Origin: Spirochaetia bacterium
Lineage (GTDB): Bacteria; Spirochaetota; Spirochaetia; SP-2023
Assembly (NCBI GenBank): GCA_965263295.1
Contig: OZ253665.1
Span: 1,920,001-1,984,000, forward strand
DNA length: 64,000 bases
Direction of reading: 5' to 3'
Shown: positions 1 through 9,962 of the stretch, piece by piece
Numbering within the stretch: position 1 is the stretch's first letter
Layout: the number at the start of each line of letters is the position of its first letter
Notes under the pieces: generated by a model
What the model saw: only the letters and a program-made list of their open reading frames with translations
What the model was told of the DNA's origin: nothing
Databases searched by the model: none
Position numbers and translations under genes: made by a program

Positions 1-500
1 GCTGGAGTAACCGTCAGATTACCTTTATCAAAAGCAGTCTCAACTTTGCTTTTTTCATCCGTTTTAAGGTCCTTATAAGCCTGAAGCTCCTGAACTGCGG
101 CCCAAATGGCATCTTTAGTAGAATCATTCTCAGCGGGCGGTGCTGTGCCAATAGGAAGCTCTAGCGATGACAAATTATCATCAATAAATTTACCTAAGTC
201 AAAAGGCTTGCGAGCAACCGTCAGCTCAATTTTCTTGGCTGGAGTCTTAAGTGCAACACTGGCAGGATCTTGCCCTGAAGCTGGAGTAACCGTCAGATTA
301 TCTGCGGCAAACGCGGAGACAATTAGGGCCTTTTTTTCTGTACTAAGCTTTTTATATTCAGACAAAGCCTTAACTGCGTCCAAAATGGCGTTTTTGGTAT
401 TGGTATCATCTGCGATTTGTGCGCCACTAGCAAGCTCTAGCGTTGACAAATTATTATCAATAAATTTACTTACAAACTGCAAAATATCACTAGAGGGAAT
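1..500 (-). repeat. Diverged ~93-aa coding repeats in the large lipoprotein
   Basis: gctggagtaaccgtcagatta at 1 and 280; aaattat(c/t)atcaataaatttac at ~172 and ~448; peptide KFIDxNLSxLEL...NLTVTPA twice. Confidence 0.7.
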
Positions 501-2849
501 TGATTCTGGCTTAAACCCTGTCAAAGTAATTTCTTTAGGCTCTCCATGATTTTTAATGGTGACTTTTAAAGTTCCCGCATCGTCATCAGCATCGCTAAAC
601 TCAATGTCACTATCAGGCAAAGCGCTTAAACCATCAATAGCTTTAATGGCTGCTATAATTTCACTATGATCAACATCAGATGCCTTCTTAGTCGAGTCAA
701 CAGTATAACCTGCTATTGAATCTGTGGACAAATCTTGCACTACGGCTGTCAATTTTTCTTCCGAAGGAGCTTCAGGCTCAGGCTCTGCCTTTGTAGTTTG
801 GAACTTTGTCAAAGTAATTTCTTTAGGCTCTCCATGATTTTTAATGGTGACTTTTAAAGTTCCCGCATCGTCATCAGCATCGCTAAACTCAATGTCACTA
901 TCAGGCAAAGCGCTTAAACCATCAATAGCTTTAATGGCTGCTATAATTTCACTATGATCAACATCAGATGCCTTCTTAGTCGAGTCAACAGTATAACCTG
1001 CTATTGAATCTGTGGACAAATCTTGCACTACGGCTGTCAATTTTTCTTCCGAAGGAGCTTCAGGCTCAGGCTCTGCCTTTGTAGTTTGGAACTTTGTCAA
1101 AGTAATTTCTTTAGGCTCTCCATGATTTTTAATGGTGACTTTTAAAGTTCCCGCATCGTCATCAGCATCGCTAAACTCAATGTCACTATCAGGCAAAGCG
1201 CTTAAACCATCAATAGCTTTAATGGCTGCTATAATTTCACTATGATCAACATCAGATGCCTTCTTAGTCGAGTCAACAGTATAACCTGCTATTGAATCTG
1301 TGGACAAATCTTGCACTACGGCTGTCAATTTTTCTTCCGAAGGAGCTTCAGGCTCAGGCTCTGCCTTTGTAGTTTGGAACTTTGTCAAAGTAATTTCTTT
1401 AGGCTCTCCATGATTTTTAATGGTGACTTTTAAAGTTCCCGCATCGTCATCAGCATCGCTAAACTCAATGTCACTATCAGGCAAAGCGCTTAAACCATCA
1501 ATAGCTTTAATGGCTGCTATAATTTCACTATGATCAACATCAGATGCCTTCTTAGTCGAGTCAACAGTATAACCTGCTATTGAATCTGTGGACAAATCTT
1601 GCACTACGGCTGTCAATTTTTCTTCCGAAGGAGCTTCAGGCTCAGGCTCTGCCTTTGTAGTTTGGAACTTTGTCAAAGTAATTTCTTTAGGCTCTCCATG
1701 ATTTTTAATGGTGACTGTTAAAGTACCCGCCGTGTCATCGAAATTCAAATCAATATCATCATCAAGCAAATACTTTAAATCACCAAGAGCTTTAATGTCA
1801 TTTTTATCTACCGTACTTGGGAGCTTTTTCTTGTCAAGTTCCTTAAAATTCTCTAAATCCGATAAAAATGTATCATAATAGTCAGTTATTTGAACGTTGC
1901 CGTCTACTTTTAGCTTCAGCTTTAAAACAAAAGATTTTTCTGGTTTTACATCGTGCCCCGCATGAGAGAATGGGCAGTCGTGCTTCTGCTTTTCAACTTT
2001 TGCACCTTCTGCACCAAAAGATTTTCTGCCGTAAGTTTTAATGAAGCTTAACTTTCGCCTCCTAGTAAATTCCGATGACGATTCTTCCGTATTTTCCCAA
2101 AAAGCTCCTTTTTTAGTATAAGGGAATTTACCTACTAGGTTCTTCGATATGTCTAGTGTAGTAAGATTATTATTAGAGCAGTCCAGGTATGCCAGACGTC
2201 TAAAATATTGAATGCCTTCCAGCGATTTTATCTTCCTATCTGACACATCTATTTTTAATAAATTACGCACGTCGAATGTAAATGTGTTCATCTCATGCTT
2301 GTCATTAAATGTATCAGCCGGTAAGACCTCATTTTCAGTTAAATATTTATATAATTCCTCGGAAATTTTGACATAGTTTGTCAAGGGTAGTTCAAAAGAA
2401 TAATCCATAGTCAGTGTAAAAGTCTTTGGTTTCGCCCAGTCATACCCGGTCAAGGTCCTCATGTCGTGAGCGGAAATTGGGATTTCAATTTTTTGGGGTC
2501 GGGGGCCTGAGTCCTCAAAATTATAAACTGACTTTAAAATCTTCTTAAATTGTTCCTTACAAATTTCCTTATCATCAGGTGATAAAGACTTACCAGCTGG
2601 CGCTTTTTGAGCTTCCGCTTGAGCTTCCGCAAAAAATTTGTCTACAATCTTATCTATGTCAATATCGTGATCGCCAAAATGAATTGTTAAAGACTCTGGC
2701 ACACTCTCCATGAAAGTCGACCGGGCAGTCGGCTTAGGATCGTCAAAATCTTCGACCTGGCAAGAGAATATTAGCCCGGCCAGAAGAATTGATATATATA
2801 TATATATATATATATCAGTATTTAGAAAAAATTTTCTTGATAGTTTCAT
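1..2849 (-). CDS. Large surface lipoprotein (3' end outside window) with a short leucine-rich repeat and tandem 96-aa repeats resembling the Mycoplasma lipoprotein-associated domain
   Basis: Not in the ORF track because it runs off the left edge. ATG at 2849 gives MKLSRKFFLNTDIYIYIYISILLAGLIFSC (lipobox Cys30), LRR IKSLEGIQYFRRLAYLDCSNNNLTTLDISKN, then repeats ending DDDAGTLKVTIKNHGEPKEITLTKF/GF; same frame holds at position 1. Confidence 0.85.
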   Translation of the reverse strand, partial: MKLSRKFFLNTDIYIYIYISILLAGLIFSCQVEDFDDPKPTARSTFMESVPESLTIHFGDHDIDIDKIVDKFFAEAQAEAQKAPAGKSLSPDDKEICKEQFKKILKSVYNFEDSGPRPQKIEIPISAHDMRTLTGYDWAKPKTFTLTMDYSFELPLTNYVKISEELYKYLTENEVLPADTFNDKHEMNTFTFDVRNLLKIDVSDRKIKSLEGIQYFRRLAYLDCSNNNLTTLDISKNLVGKFPYTKKGAFWENTEESSSEFTRRRKLSFIKTYGRKSFGAEGAKVEKQKHDCPFSHAGHDVKPEKSFVLKLKLKVDGNVQITDYYDTFLSDLENFKELDKKKLPSTVDKNDIKALGDLKYLLDDDIDLNFDDTAGTLTVTIKNHGEPKEITLTKFQTTKAEPEPEAPSEEKLTAVVQDLSTDSIAGYTVDSTKKASDVDHSEIIAAIKAIDGLSALPDSDIEFSDADDDAGTLKVTIKNHGEPKEITLTKFQTTKAEPEPEAPSEEKLTAVVQDLSTDSIAGYTVDSTKKASDVDHSEIIAAIKAIDGLSALPDSDIEFSDADDDAGTLKVTIKNHGEPKEITLTKFQTTKAEPEPEAPSEEKLTAVVQDLSTDSIAGYTVDSTKKASDVDHSEIIAAIKAIDGLSALPDSDIEFSDADDDAGTLKVTIKNHGEPKEITLTKFQTTKAEPEPEAPSEEKLTAVVQDLSTDSIAGYTVDSTKKASDVDHSEIIAAIKAIDGLSALPDSDIEFSDADDDAGTLKVTIKNHGEPKEITLTGFKPESIPSSDILQFVSKFIDNNLSTLELASGAQIADDTNTKNAILDAVKALSEYKKLSTEKKALIVSAFAADNLTVTPASGQDPASVALKTPAKKIELTVARKPFDLGKFIDDNLSSLELPIGTAPPAENDSTKDAIWAAVQELQAYKDLKTDEKSKVETAFDKGNLTVTP
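519..1716 (-). repeat. 288-bp tandem repeat, about 4.2 apparently identical copies (coding)
   Basis: tcaaagtaatttctttaggctctccatg starts at 521, 809, 1097, 1385 and 1673. Confidence 0.95.
2792..2815. repeat. (AT)12 dinucleotide tract in the signal-peptide coding region
   Basis: 24-nt alternating AT run between the start codon (2849) and the lipobox Cys codon (2762-2760). Confidence 0.95.
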
Positions 2850-3119
2850 TGTGAAATTCCTCAAAATTAAATTAAAAAATTAATTACTTAAACGTAACAG
2901 CCTAAACGACTTCGGGCTGATTCCCAGAGTCGTTCCTAGGTGTAAAAAAAATTGCCGCTGTGGCAAACAGGTTCCCAAAATGTATTTTTAACCAATAATA
3001 ACCTCCTTGTGTCATCGCGTCAGATCGCTGCACAAAAATCTATGATACACATACAATAATTCTATTCGGTGATAAAATCAATCATCTTGAGATAAAAATG
3101 ATTAATTTTATTAGGATAA

Positions 3120-3158
3120 TTGACTCTCTGCCCTCTATGTTGTAACTTAGTAATTACA
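3120..3158 (+). promoter_or_regulatory. Putative mazEF promoter and autoregulatory operator
   Basis: TTGACT followed by imperfect palindrome TGTAACTTAGTAATTACA just upstream of the AGGAGG RBS. Confidence 0.45.
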
Positions 3159-3174
3159 TCTCAGGAGGAGCACA

Positions 3175-3423
3175 ATGAGAGCAACACTGACCAAAATAGG
3201 CAATTCCAAGGGCGTCATCATTCCGGCCCAGTTTTTGAAAGAGTGCCAGTTTGATGGCGCGGTTTTAATCGACGTACGTAACAATACCATCGTGATTTCC
3301 AAACCCGATCAGCCACGTAGCGGTTGGAGCGAGGCGTTTGCCAAAACTTCTATGAACGAGGGTGCATTGCTATTTGATGATACGTTAGCCAACGATTTTG
3401 ATGACACTGAGTGGTCGTGGTGA
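3175..3423 (+). CDS. mazE: AbrB/MazE-family antitoxin
   Basis: LTKIGNSKGVIIP AbrB motif, C-terminal PRSGW and EWSW; overlaps the toxin gene. Confidence 0.9.
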   Translation: MRATLTKIGNSKGVIIPAQFLKECQFDGAVLIDVRNNTIVISKPDQPRSGWSEAFAKTSMNEGALLFDDTLANDFDDTEWSW

Positions 3424-3737
3424 ACCGCTTTGATGTTTATCTGGTTTCGCTTGATCCGACCAAAGGTTCAGAAATCAAAAAGTCTCGTCCCTGTGTCGTC
3501 ATTTCCCCTGACGAGGTGAATCAGGTGCTCAACACGGTGATCATCGCGCCGATGACTTCCACCATTCGGCATTACCCGACGCGTGTGCAGGTCACCTTTA
3601 AAAACAAAAAGGGCGAGATTGCGCTTGATCAAATTCGCACCGTTGACAAACAACGGCTCTATAAAAAGCTTGGCAACATACACCCCAACTCAGCCTCAAA
3701 GGTTGCTAACCTCTTGACCGAGATGTTCAGCTTCTAA
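3411..3737 (+). CDS. mazF: PemK/MazF-family endoribonuclease toxin
   Basis: LDPTKGSEIKKSRPCVVISP and DQIRTVDKQRL motifs. Confidence 0.93.
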   Translation: MVVVNRFDVYLVSLDPTKGSEIKKSRPCVVISPDEVNQVLNTVIIAPMTSTIRHYPTRVQVTFKNKKGEIALDQIRTVDKQRLYKKLGNIHPNSASKVANLLTEMFSF

Positions 3738-3797
3738 AGTTGCAAAGCTCACTTCTTGATCGGCGTGATAGGTGTTTTGGCCAGTCATCTCCTGCTA

Positions 3798-4189
3798 CCC
3801 GCGGCTCCCCCGTCTAAATTTCGTGCCCTTTCGTAGACTTTCGTGTAATTTCGTGGTTACTCTTTCGTGGTCCCCCCCAAGTAACCACGAAAAACACAAA
3901 AAAAATACGAACAACACGAAAAATTCTAAAACACCGCCCCTGCTGCCTGGACGCCCTTCTTGGCTGCCGTCCCCTTATTTTAACCGTTTTCCTGCCCTCC
4001 ACAGCTCCCGTTGTCCATCCAGCCCCTATTTTAACTTTTCCCTGTCACCCACAGCTCCCCATCGTTCCACCCACGGCCCCCCTACCTAAATTTCGTGCCT
4101 TTTCGTAGATTTTCGTGCCTTTTCGTGGTTGCTATTTCGTGACATTTCGCCGTCTTCGTGCCTTTTCGTGGTCCCCCTTTCGTGGTCCC
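3798..4189 (+). repeat. Dispersed CACGAA/TTCGTG element (partial plus full copy)
   Basis: Left arm aaccacgaaaaacacaaaaaaaatacgaacaacacgaaaaattctaaaac; right arm ctaaatttcgtgccttttcg...ttcgtggtcccc. Confidence 0.85.
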
Positions 4190-4301
4190 CTGTGGAAATA
4201 TTCATGGCAAACATTTTTTATCAAAAATTCTATGGGTATATGGATATTTTTATAAAAAAAGGTATATAATTAATTTATATTTTTATGACAAGGATCATTT
4301 C

Positions 4302-5600
4302 ATGAAAAGATATTTCATTATTCTGTTGTCTGCCTCTGTGGCAATTCTGTTCCTGGCTGCTTGCAGCAAGGCAAATCAGGACAGTGGTACCGTAAGCTTA
4401 AAAGCTTACTTCCAAGGAGATCCGGCGAATCCTCAATCTAGGGGGACTAATGCGGCCATTGAAGCTTTTCTCAGTGCAAATCCACAGACAAAGCTGGATA
4501 TTGAATATGGCAGTGGCGAAGCATTCCATCAGAAATTTCAGGCGATGGCCGTTTCAAATACTATGCCGGACTTGTTCACAGTTTATATTGGCAAGCGCAG
4601 TGCTTATATTACCGAGACGGAAAAAGTCTTAGATCTGCGCCCATACCTTAGCGATGATTTCAAGCGTGGCTTCACGGAGGAAATCTGGCAAGCCCAGGGG
4701 AAAAATGGAGAGATTTATACAATTGCGCCTTCTTTAGCTGTAACGCACACCATGTTTGCCAACAAAGATCTTTTAGACGAATTGGATCTGCGTTTTCCCG
4801 CGACGTACGACGAGCTTCTGCAGCAGATTGAGACCATACGGCAGGCGGGATATTATCCCATTTCACTTGGAAATAAAGATCAATGGCCAGTTAATTCATG
4901 GTTGCTAAGTGTTTTAGTAGATCGAATCGGCGGGAAGGAATGGTTTGCCAAGGCAATGGACGGAACGGCGTCTTTTGAGGATCCGCCCTTTCTTCACGCC
5001 CTAGAAATTATTAATGAGATGGCACAGAAAAAGGCCTTTTCGCCCGGAATAAACCAAATGTCGAACAGTGAAGCCGACCAAGAATTCTACCAAAAGAAAT
5101 CCGTCTACTTAATTGATGCGGCATGGCGGGTTTCCGGGATGGTCAACTCCTTGAGTGCCGAAGACCAGGACCAGGTATCCTTGGGCGTATTTCCCGCTTT
5201 GGAAAACGAGGTTCACCCCGGCTCAAGCACGGCAGTGCCCTCTGAAGGTTATGGAATCAGTGCCAGCTTGAAAGGAACAGAGCGGGCAGATGCCGCCTGG
5301 GAATTTATTGCATTTTTTAATGGCAGGCCCGGCGCAGAGCTGCGGCTCCAGCACGGGGAGATCCCAACGTATTTAATAAATGCGGATGAAGCGGATATCC
5401 CGGAACTTCAGAAGCGTCTGGCCCATTTTATCGCCAATACGGAATACGGTTATGTCATTGATGCCAAAATGGATCCTGCTGGCATGACAAACTTTAATCG
5501 CAATTTGCAATCTATGCTTTTCGGAAATATTAGTGCCAGGGAAGTGGCCCAACAATATGAGGCGTGGGTGAGCGCAAATGATTCGAATCGAGGCAATTGA
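4302..5600 (+). CDS. Carbohydrate ABC transporter substrate-binding lipoprotein (CUT1 type)
   Basis: Signal peptide with LAAC lipobox, PATYDEL motif, followed by two permeases. Confidence 0.9.
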   Translation: MKRYFIILLSASVAILFLAACSKANQDSGTVSLKAYFQGDPANPQSRGTNAAIEAFLSANPQTKLDIEYGSGEAFHQKFQAMAVSNTMPDLFTVYIGKRSAYITETEKVLDLRPYLSDDFKRGFTEEIWQAQGKNGEIYTIAPSLAVTHTMFANKDLLDELDLRFPATYDELLQQIETIRQAGYYPISLGNKDQWPVNSWLLSVLVDRIGGKEWFAKAMDGTASFEDPPFLHALEIINEMAQKKAFSPGINQMSNSEADQEFYQKKSVYLIDAAWRVSGMVNSLSAEDQDQVSLGVFPALENEVHPGSSTAVPSEGYGISASLKGTERADAAWEFIAFFNGRPGAELRLQHGEIPTYLINADEADIPELQKRLAHFIANTEYGYVIDAKMDPAGMTNFNRNLQSMLFGNISAREVAQQYEAWVSANDSNRGN

Positions 5601-5705
5601 GAGTCATTTATTCTCCCACTTTAATTCTCCTTGTATTCTCCCCTTTTGGCAAAACAATTTAAGTGCTTACATTTTCCTACGACAAACTGCCTATAGATTA
5701 AAGAT

Positions 5706-6593
5706 ATGTATTCACACCGCGAAAAGATCACAAGTTACTACGTATTAATAGGCGTTCCCTTATTGATATACAGCTTTTTTGTCTTATTTCCAATAATTGT
5801 GAGTTTTATTTTAGGATTCTCAACATGGAGGTACCACCAGTTTCAGTCCTTTGCCGGGCTGACAAATTATTTAAAGATTGTGCAAGATCCCCAATTCTAT
5901 TGGGCGCTCTGGCACAATCTGCAAATTGCGCTGGTTTCGGTCTTCGGCCAGATTCCCCTGGCCCTCTTCCTGGCTTATAGTATTCACCGCAAAATGATCA
6001 AAGGTGGTAATTTCTTTGTCGTAATGATCTTTTTGCCCATCACCATTTCTTCCGTGGTTGTCGCACTGTTGTGGAATCGGGTTTTTTCTCCGGTCGGGAT
6101 TTTTACCGATCTCGTTCGTTCAGTCAGCAGTAATCCCGACTACGTTGTCAGGATATCCGAAAACAAGCAACTGGCTATGATACCGGTTTTATTTGTCATC
6201 CTGTGGATGCATACCAGTCTCTACTTGGTCATTTTCATTGCCAACCTTCAGAGGATACCAAATTCTTTTTTTGAGGCCGCAGTAATGGACGGCGCAACCG
6301 AACCATATATTTTTCGCAAAATTGTGGTGCCGATTTTTGCTAATACCTTATTTACCTGCTCGATATTAGCCATTGCCGGCAGCTTAAAAAGTTTTGATCT
6401 GATATTTGCCATGACAGGGGGGGGGCCGGTAGACTACACGAGTGTCCTGGCTACGTATATGTATGACAAATCCTTTACTGGTGGCGATCTAGGCCTGGGC
6501 AGCGCAATCTCGACAGTTTCGGCGCTTTTGAGCATCTTCATTATACTGGGATTACGCCATGTCTATCAGGCTTTTGCGAGAAAATACGGATAA
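5706..6593 (+). CDS. Carbohydrate ABC transporter permease
   Basis: EAAVMDGA EAA loop, FAGLTNY motif, multiple TM segments. Confidence 0.92.
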   Translation: MYSHREKITSYYVLIGVPLLIYSFFVLFPIIVSFILGFSTWRYHQFQSFAGLTNYLKIVQDPQFYWALWHNLQIALVSVFGQIPLALFLAYSIHRKMIKGGNFFVVMIFLPITISSVVVALLWNRVFSPVGIFTDLVRSVSSNPDYVVRISENKQLAMIPVLFVILWMHTSLYLVIFIANLQRIPNSFFEAAVMDGATEPYIFRKIVVPIFANTLFTCSILAIAGSLKSFDLIFAMTGGGPVDYTSVLATYMYDKSFTGGDLGLGSAISTVSALLSIFIILGLRHVYQAFARKYG

Positions 6594-6600
6594 AACTGGG

Positions 6601-7440
6601 ATGAAAAAGACTGATATCGCCACTTCATTCTGGATATACTCAGCATATATTATTTCAATATGCTTTGTCGTTATAACTGTCTTTCCCATCGCCTGGATGG
6701 TAATATCCTCTTTCAAGACGCAGTCGGAGATAATGCTCGCGCCGCTATCTCCACCCAAAAATCCTACATTCCAAAATTATTCTGCTGCTTGGGGGCTTGG
6801 AGATATGGGAAGGAAATTTTTTAACAGTATAATTTATACCGTATTTTCCACCATATTTACCGTAATATTTTCTCTATCGTCGGGCTTCGCACTGGCAAAA
6901 TTCCCCTACCGCAGTCGAAAGATATACTACGGCATGTTCACAACAGGGCTTTTAATAACAGTAAACTCCGTTGTCATTCCGTTGTTCATTATGGAAAATG
7001 CTCTAGGCTTATACAATCATTACTTGGGTGTCATTTTACCATACATAGCATTCGCGCTCCCTACATCTGTACTGATTGCCACTTCTTACCTGCGGGCCCT
7101 GCCCGACACGATTATTGAAGCTGCACGCATTGACGGCGCGGATTATCTGCAGATTTTCTTATTTATTGTAATTCCCATGTGCGTCCCCGTCATTACAACG
7201 ATAGCCATTTTATCATTCCTTCAGGACTGGAATGAATTCCTGCTGGCATTCATACTCACTACGGGAGAGTCTTTAAAAAGTCTGCCTGTGGCAGTAAATT
7301 CATTTGCCGGCAGATTAGTTGTCAATTATGGACTACAGCTTGCCGCACTGACCTTGGCGACATTGCCGATGATCATATTTTATTTATTCTTCAATAAATA
7401 TTTGATTGCGAGCTTTGCCCAAGGTGGAATAAAGGAATAG
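6601..7440 (+). CDS. Carbohydrate ABC transporter permease
   Basis: EAARIDGA EAA loop, WNEFL motif. Confidence 0.92.
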   Translation: MKKTDIATSFWIYSAYIISICFVVITVFPIAWMVISSFKTQSEIMLAPLSPPKNPTFQNYSAAWGLGDMGRKFFNSIIYTVFSTIFTVIFSLSSGFALAKFPYRSRKIYYGMFTTGLLITVNSVVIPLFIMENALGLYNHYLGVILPYIAFALPTSVLIATSYLRALPDTIIEAARIDGADYLQIFLFIVIPMCVPVITTIAILSFLQDWNEFLLAFILTTGESLKSLPVAVNSFAGRLVVNYGLQLAALTLATLPMIIFYLFFNKYLIASFAQGGIKE

Positions 7441-7447
7441 AAACCTC

Positions 7448-8929
7448 ATGAGGATAGCCATTGCCGGACTTGGCACCGAAACCAATACCTTTAACCGTTT
7501 TAGCATTGGGCGCGAAGAATTTTACGAGTATGCGGGCACGCAAATCCTCGATCTGTGGAACAAACAGAAGGCGCAGAGCTCAATCTGTGGCATCGTTGAC
7601 TTCTGCCAGCAAAATAATATCGAATTGGTGCCCTTGTATTACGCCAGAACTTTACCGGCGGGGCCGGTTCAACGAGACGCATACATCAGTATGCGCAAAG
7701 AAATCTGCTGCAGGCTGGCAAAGGAGATCCAGGCGCAACATATCGATGCAATTTGCCTTGCCATGCACGGCTCTATGCGCGTGGGACTTTTGGAGCATAA
7801 CTCTGGACAAGATTCTTATGGGCAAGGTGCTTACGACGATCCGGAAGCAGATTTAATGGCCCATATTCATGCCATCTGCCCCGAATTGCCCATCCACCTG
7901 GCCATGGACATGCACGCGACCATCAGTGACACAATGCTGTTTCACGCTGCGGCAATCAGCTTGTACAAGACCGCTCCCCATGTAGATATGCTGGAAATTG
8001 GCCGGCTGTGTGCTTCCATTGCCCAACAGAGTTACCAAAGTGCGAGGCGGACCTGCATCGCTGCGGTTCGCGTTCCCCTAATTCTCTCTGGTGAACTCTC
8101 TATGACTACGCAGCAGCCGATGCAAGGGCTCGTCGAGTATTTGCGCCATCTAGAAAATTCGCCCGAAGTGCTCTCGGCCTCTCTTGCCCTCGGATTTCCC
8201 TGGGCAGATTCTCCATATTTGGGTGCCACGGCGCTGGTGACAGCCTATGAAGAAGATCTGCTGCCAGCCCAAAAGAAATGCGGCATCTTGGCACAAAAGC
8301 TCTGGCAGCAGAGGCAGAATTTCCGCTTTGGTATGGCGATTGCCAGTGAAGCGGAAGCCATCGCGCTGATCCGTGCGAACCAAGACCCCAAACCTCTACT
8401 GCTCTCTGACGTCGGCGACAATGCGACGGCGGGAGCCTCGGAAGATACCGTGGATTTTCTGGCCAAACTGATTGCGGCAGAACTGCCCCCCTGTTTTTTT
8501 GCGCTGATTTACGACTCCGCCTCCTATGAGACAATTACACAAGCTGGCGTGGGTGGCCGTGTAGATCTAGAATTGGGGCGCTTCTTTGCGCAGCATAATG
8601 GCTTGAAACTGACGGCGAGGGTGCTGCGTTTCTTTACATACCGAGCTCGCAATGCCGCAATTGTGCGCGTTGGCCATTTCGATATCGCGGTTGGCCAACA
8701 GCGCATGCCCGTTGCCGACATCAGCATTCTGGACGCCGCCGGCATTGAGTATTCAAATTATCGCGCACTCATCATAAAATGTGGCTATCACGGCGAAGAC
8801 TTGCGTGCCATTGCTTCGCAAAATATTTTAGTTCTGAGTCGGGGAGATACCGACCCCATTCTGGAGCGCCTGCCCTACCAGCGGGTTCCCCGGCCGATGT
8901 ACCCCTTGGACAAAGATATGGTCTGGTAG
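7448..8929 (+). CDS. M81 family metallopeptidase (MlrC-like)
   Basis: ETNTF, LAMHGSM, DMHA, YKTAPHVD, DVGDNATAG motifs; C-terminal PRPMYPLD. Confidence 0.88.
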   Translation: MRIAIAGLGTETNTFNRFSIGREEFYEYAGTQILDLWNKQKAQSSICGIVDFCQQNNIELVPLYYARTLPAGPVQRDAYISMRKEICCRLAKEIQAQHIDAICLAMHGSMRVGLLEHNSGQDSYGQGAYDDPEADLMAHIHAICPELPIHLAMDMHATISDTMLFHAAAISLYKTAPHVDMLEIGRLCASIAQQSYQSARRTCIAAVRVPLILSGELSMTTQQPMQGLVEYLRHLENSPEVLSASLALGFPWADSPYLGATALVTAYEEDLLPAQKKCGILAQKLWQQRQNFRFGMAIASEAEAIALIRANQDPKPLLLSDVGDNATAGASEDTVDFLAKLIAAELPPCFFALIYDSASYETITQAGVGGRVDLELGRFFAQHNGLKLTARVLRFFTYRARNAAIVRVGHFDIAVGQQRMPVADISILDAAGIEYSNYRALIIKCGYHGEDLRAIASQNILVLSRGDTDPILERLPYQRVPRPMYPLDKDMVW

Positions 8930-9073
8930 ATATTGAGGTACAAAAAAGAATTATCAACTTTCCTTTTTTTCTTCCCAAGAATCACAGGCTTCATCTGAAC
9001 AAAATTTGTTCCCAGCCCAAAAGAAACGCGGCATCTTGGCAACAAAGCTCGGCAGCAAAGGCATGATTTCTGC

Positions 9074-9119
9074 CGGTCCGTGAGCTGCTGTCTCGCGGAC
9101 CGCCGTCTTTTTAGTTTTT
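9074..9119 (+). terminator. Putative terminator between convergent genes
   Basis: Stem cggtccgtgag / ctcgcggaccg followed by T-rich sequence. Confidence 0.45.
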
Positions 9120-9179
9120 AATTCCTTGTTTCAGTCTGTGAGCGCCTCGGCCCGACCCTTGCTGAATGTAACCCTTATA

Positions 9180-9557
9180 TCAAAGGCTAATCACATAATC
9201 CGGAGGATTGGGCGCGAGTGCTTTATACAATTGCGGGAAACAGCCAGCCTGAACACCCTCGACAGTGCCCTTGGCGGTCACTTCACCTTTGCCGCATTGT
9301 TCAAATTCTCCTTCAGCCATATTACGGCGCACGGCACACTGATCACACATCATCAGAAGGATGTTCTGTTGCTTTGCCAATGTGGCGAGTCGCTCACCGA
9401 CAGGATCGCCCTGACGCAGGCAAAATATATTATCATCAAAGAAAAACATGCCAACAACTTCGGCACCATGCCGATTTTCCTCAAGCTGTGGTAATATCAT
9501 TGTCGCAAGTTTAAATGTCGCAGACATGTTGTTTGTAAAGACATAGGCTACTTTCAT
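9180..9557 (-). CDS. DsrE/DsrF-like protein (SaoD-like)
   Basis: MILPQLE..HGAEVVGMFFFDDN, CDQCA and GCFP motifs. Confidence 0.7.
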   Translation of the reverse strand: MKVAYVFTNNMSATFKLATMILPQLEENRHGAEVVGMFFFDDNIFCLRQGDPVGERLATLAKQQNILLMMCDQCAVRRNMAEGEFEQCGKGEVTAKGTVEGVQAGCFPQLYKALAPNPPDYVISL

Positions 9558-9724
9558 CTTACTTCTCCTAAAAGTCTCGTGGACAGCTAGATAAAATTAT
9601 CAGTGCTTAATAAAACTCAATGTGCGATCTTTGTCAAGGTAATAATTGGTGGATTTAAGTTTTTTTTAATACAGATACCTAAAAAATGTATACTTATGAA
9701 ATCGTTGAGCCTTTCCCCTTTAAT

Positions 9725-9962
9725 AGTCCCTGGCCAAGTAACCACGAAGAACACAAAAAAAATACGAACGACACGAAAAATTCTAAAATACCGCGCCTCC
9801 CTCCTGAACGCCTCCCGCAGCTCCCGTCATCCTTCCGTCCCCCCTTTTCTGCTTTCCCCTGGCGCCCACAGCTCCCCGTCGTGCCACCCATGGGCTTACC
9901 TGTCTAGATTTCGTGACTTTTCGCAACCTTTCGTGTTTTTCGTGGTTCCCTTTTCGTGGTCC
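9725..9962 (+). repeat. Dispersed CACGAA/TTCGTG element (full copy)
   Basis: agtccctggccaagtaaccacgaa... to ...ttttcgtggtcc, directly abutting the stop codon at 9963. Confidence 0.88.

Noticed and set aside
106..549. Plus-strand ORF of 147 aa
   Set aside because: Antisense shadow of the large minus-strand lipoprotein
3772..4300. ORFs 3772..4089, 3814..4002 and the 5' extension of 4158..5600 (likewise 9603..10220, 9686..9907, 16907..17119, 49816..50223, 56898..57086)
   Set aside because: They are translations of the dispersed repeat element, without RBS or recognisable domains
7448..8929. Microcystin degradation pathway
   Set aside because: Only an MlrC-family gene; no mlrA, mlrB or mlrD, and the family is widespread
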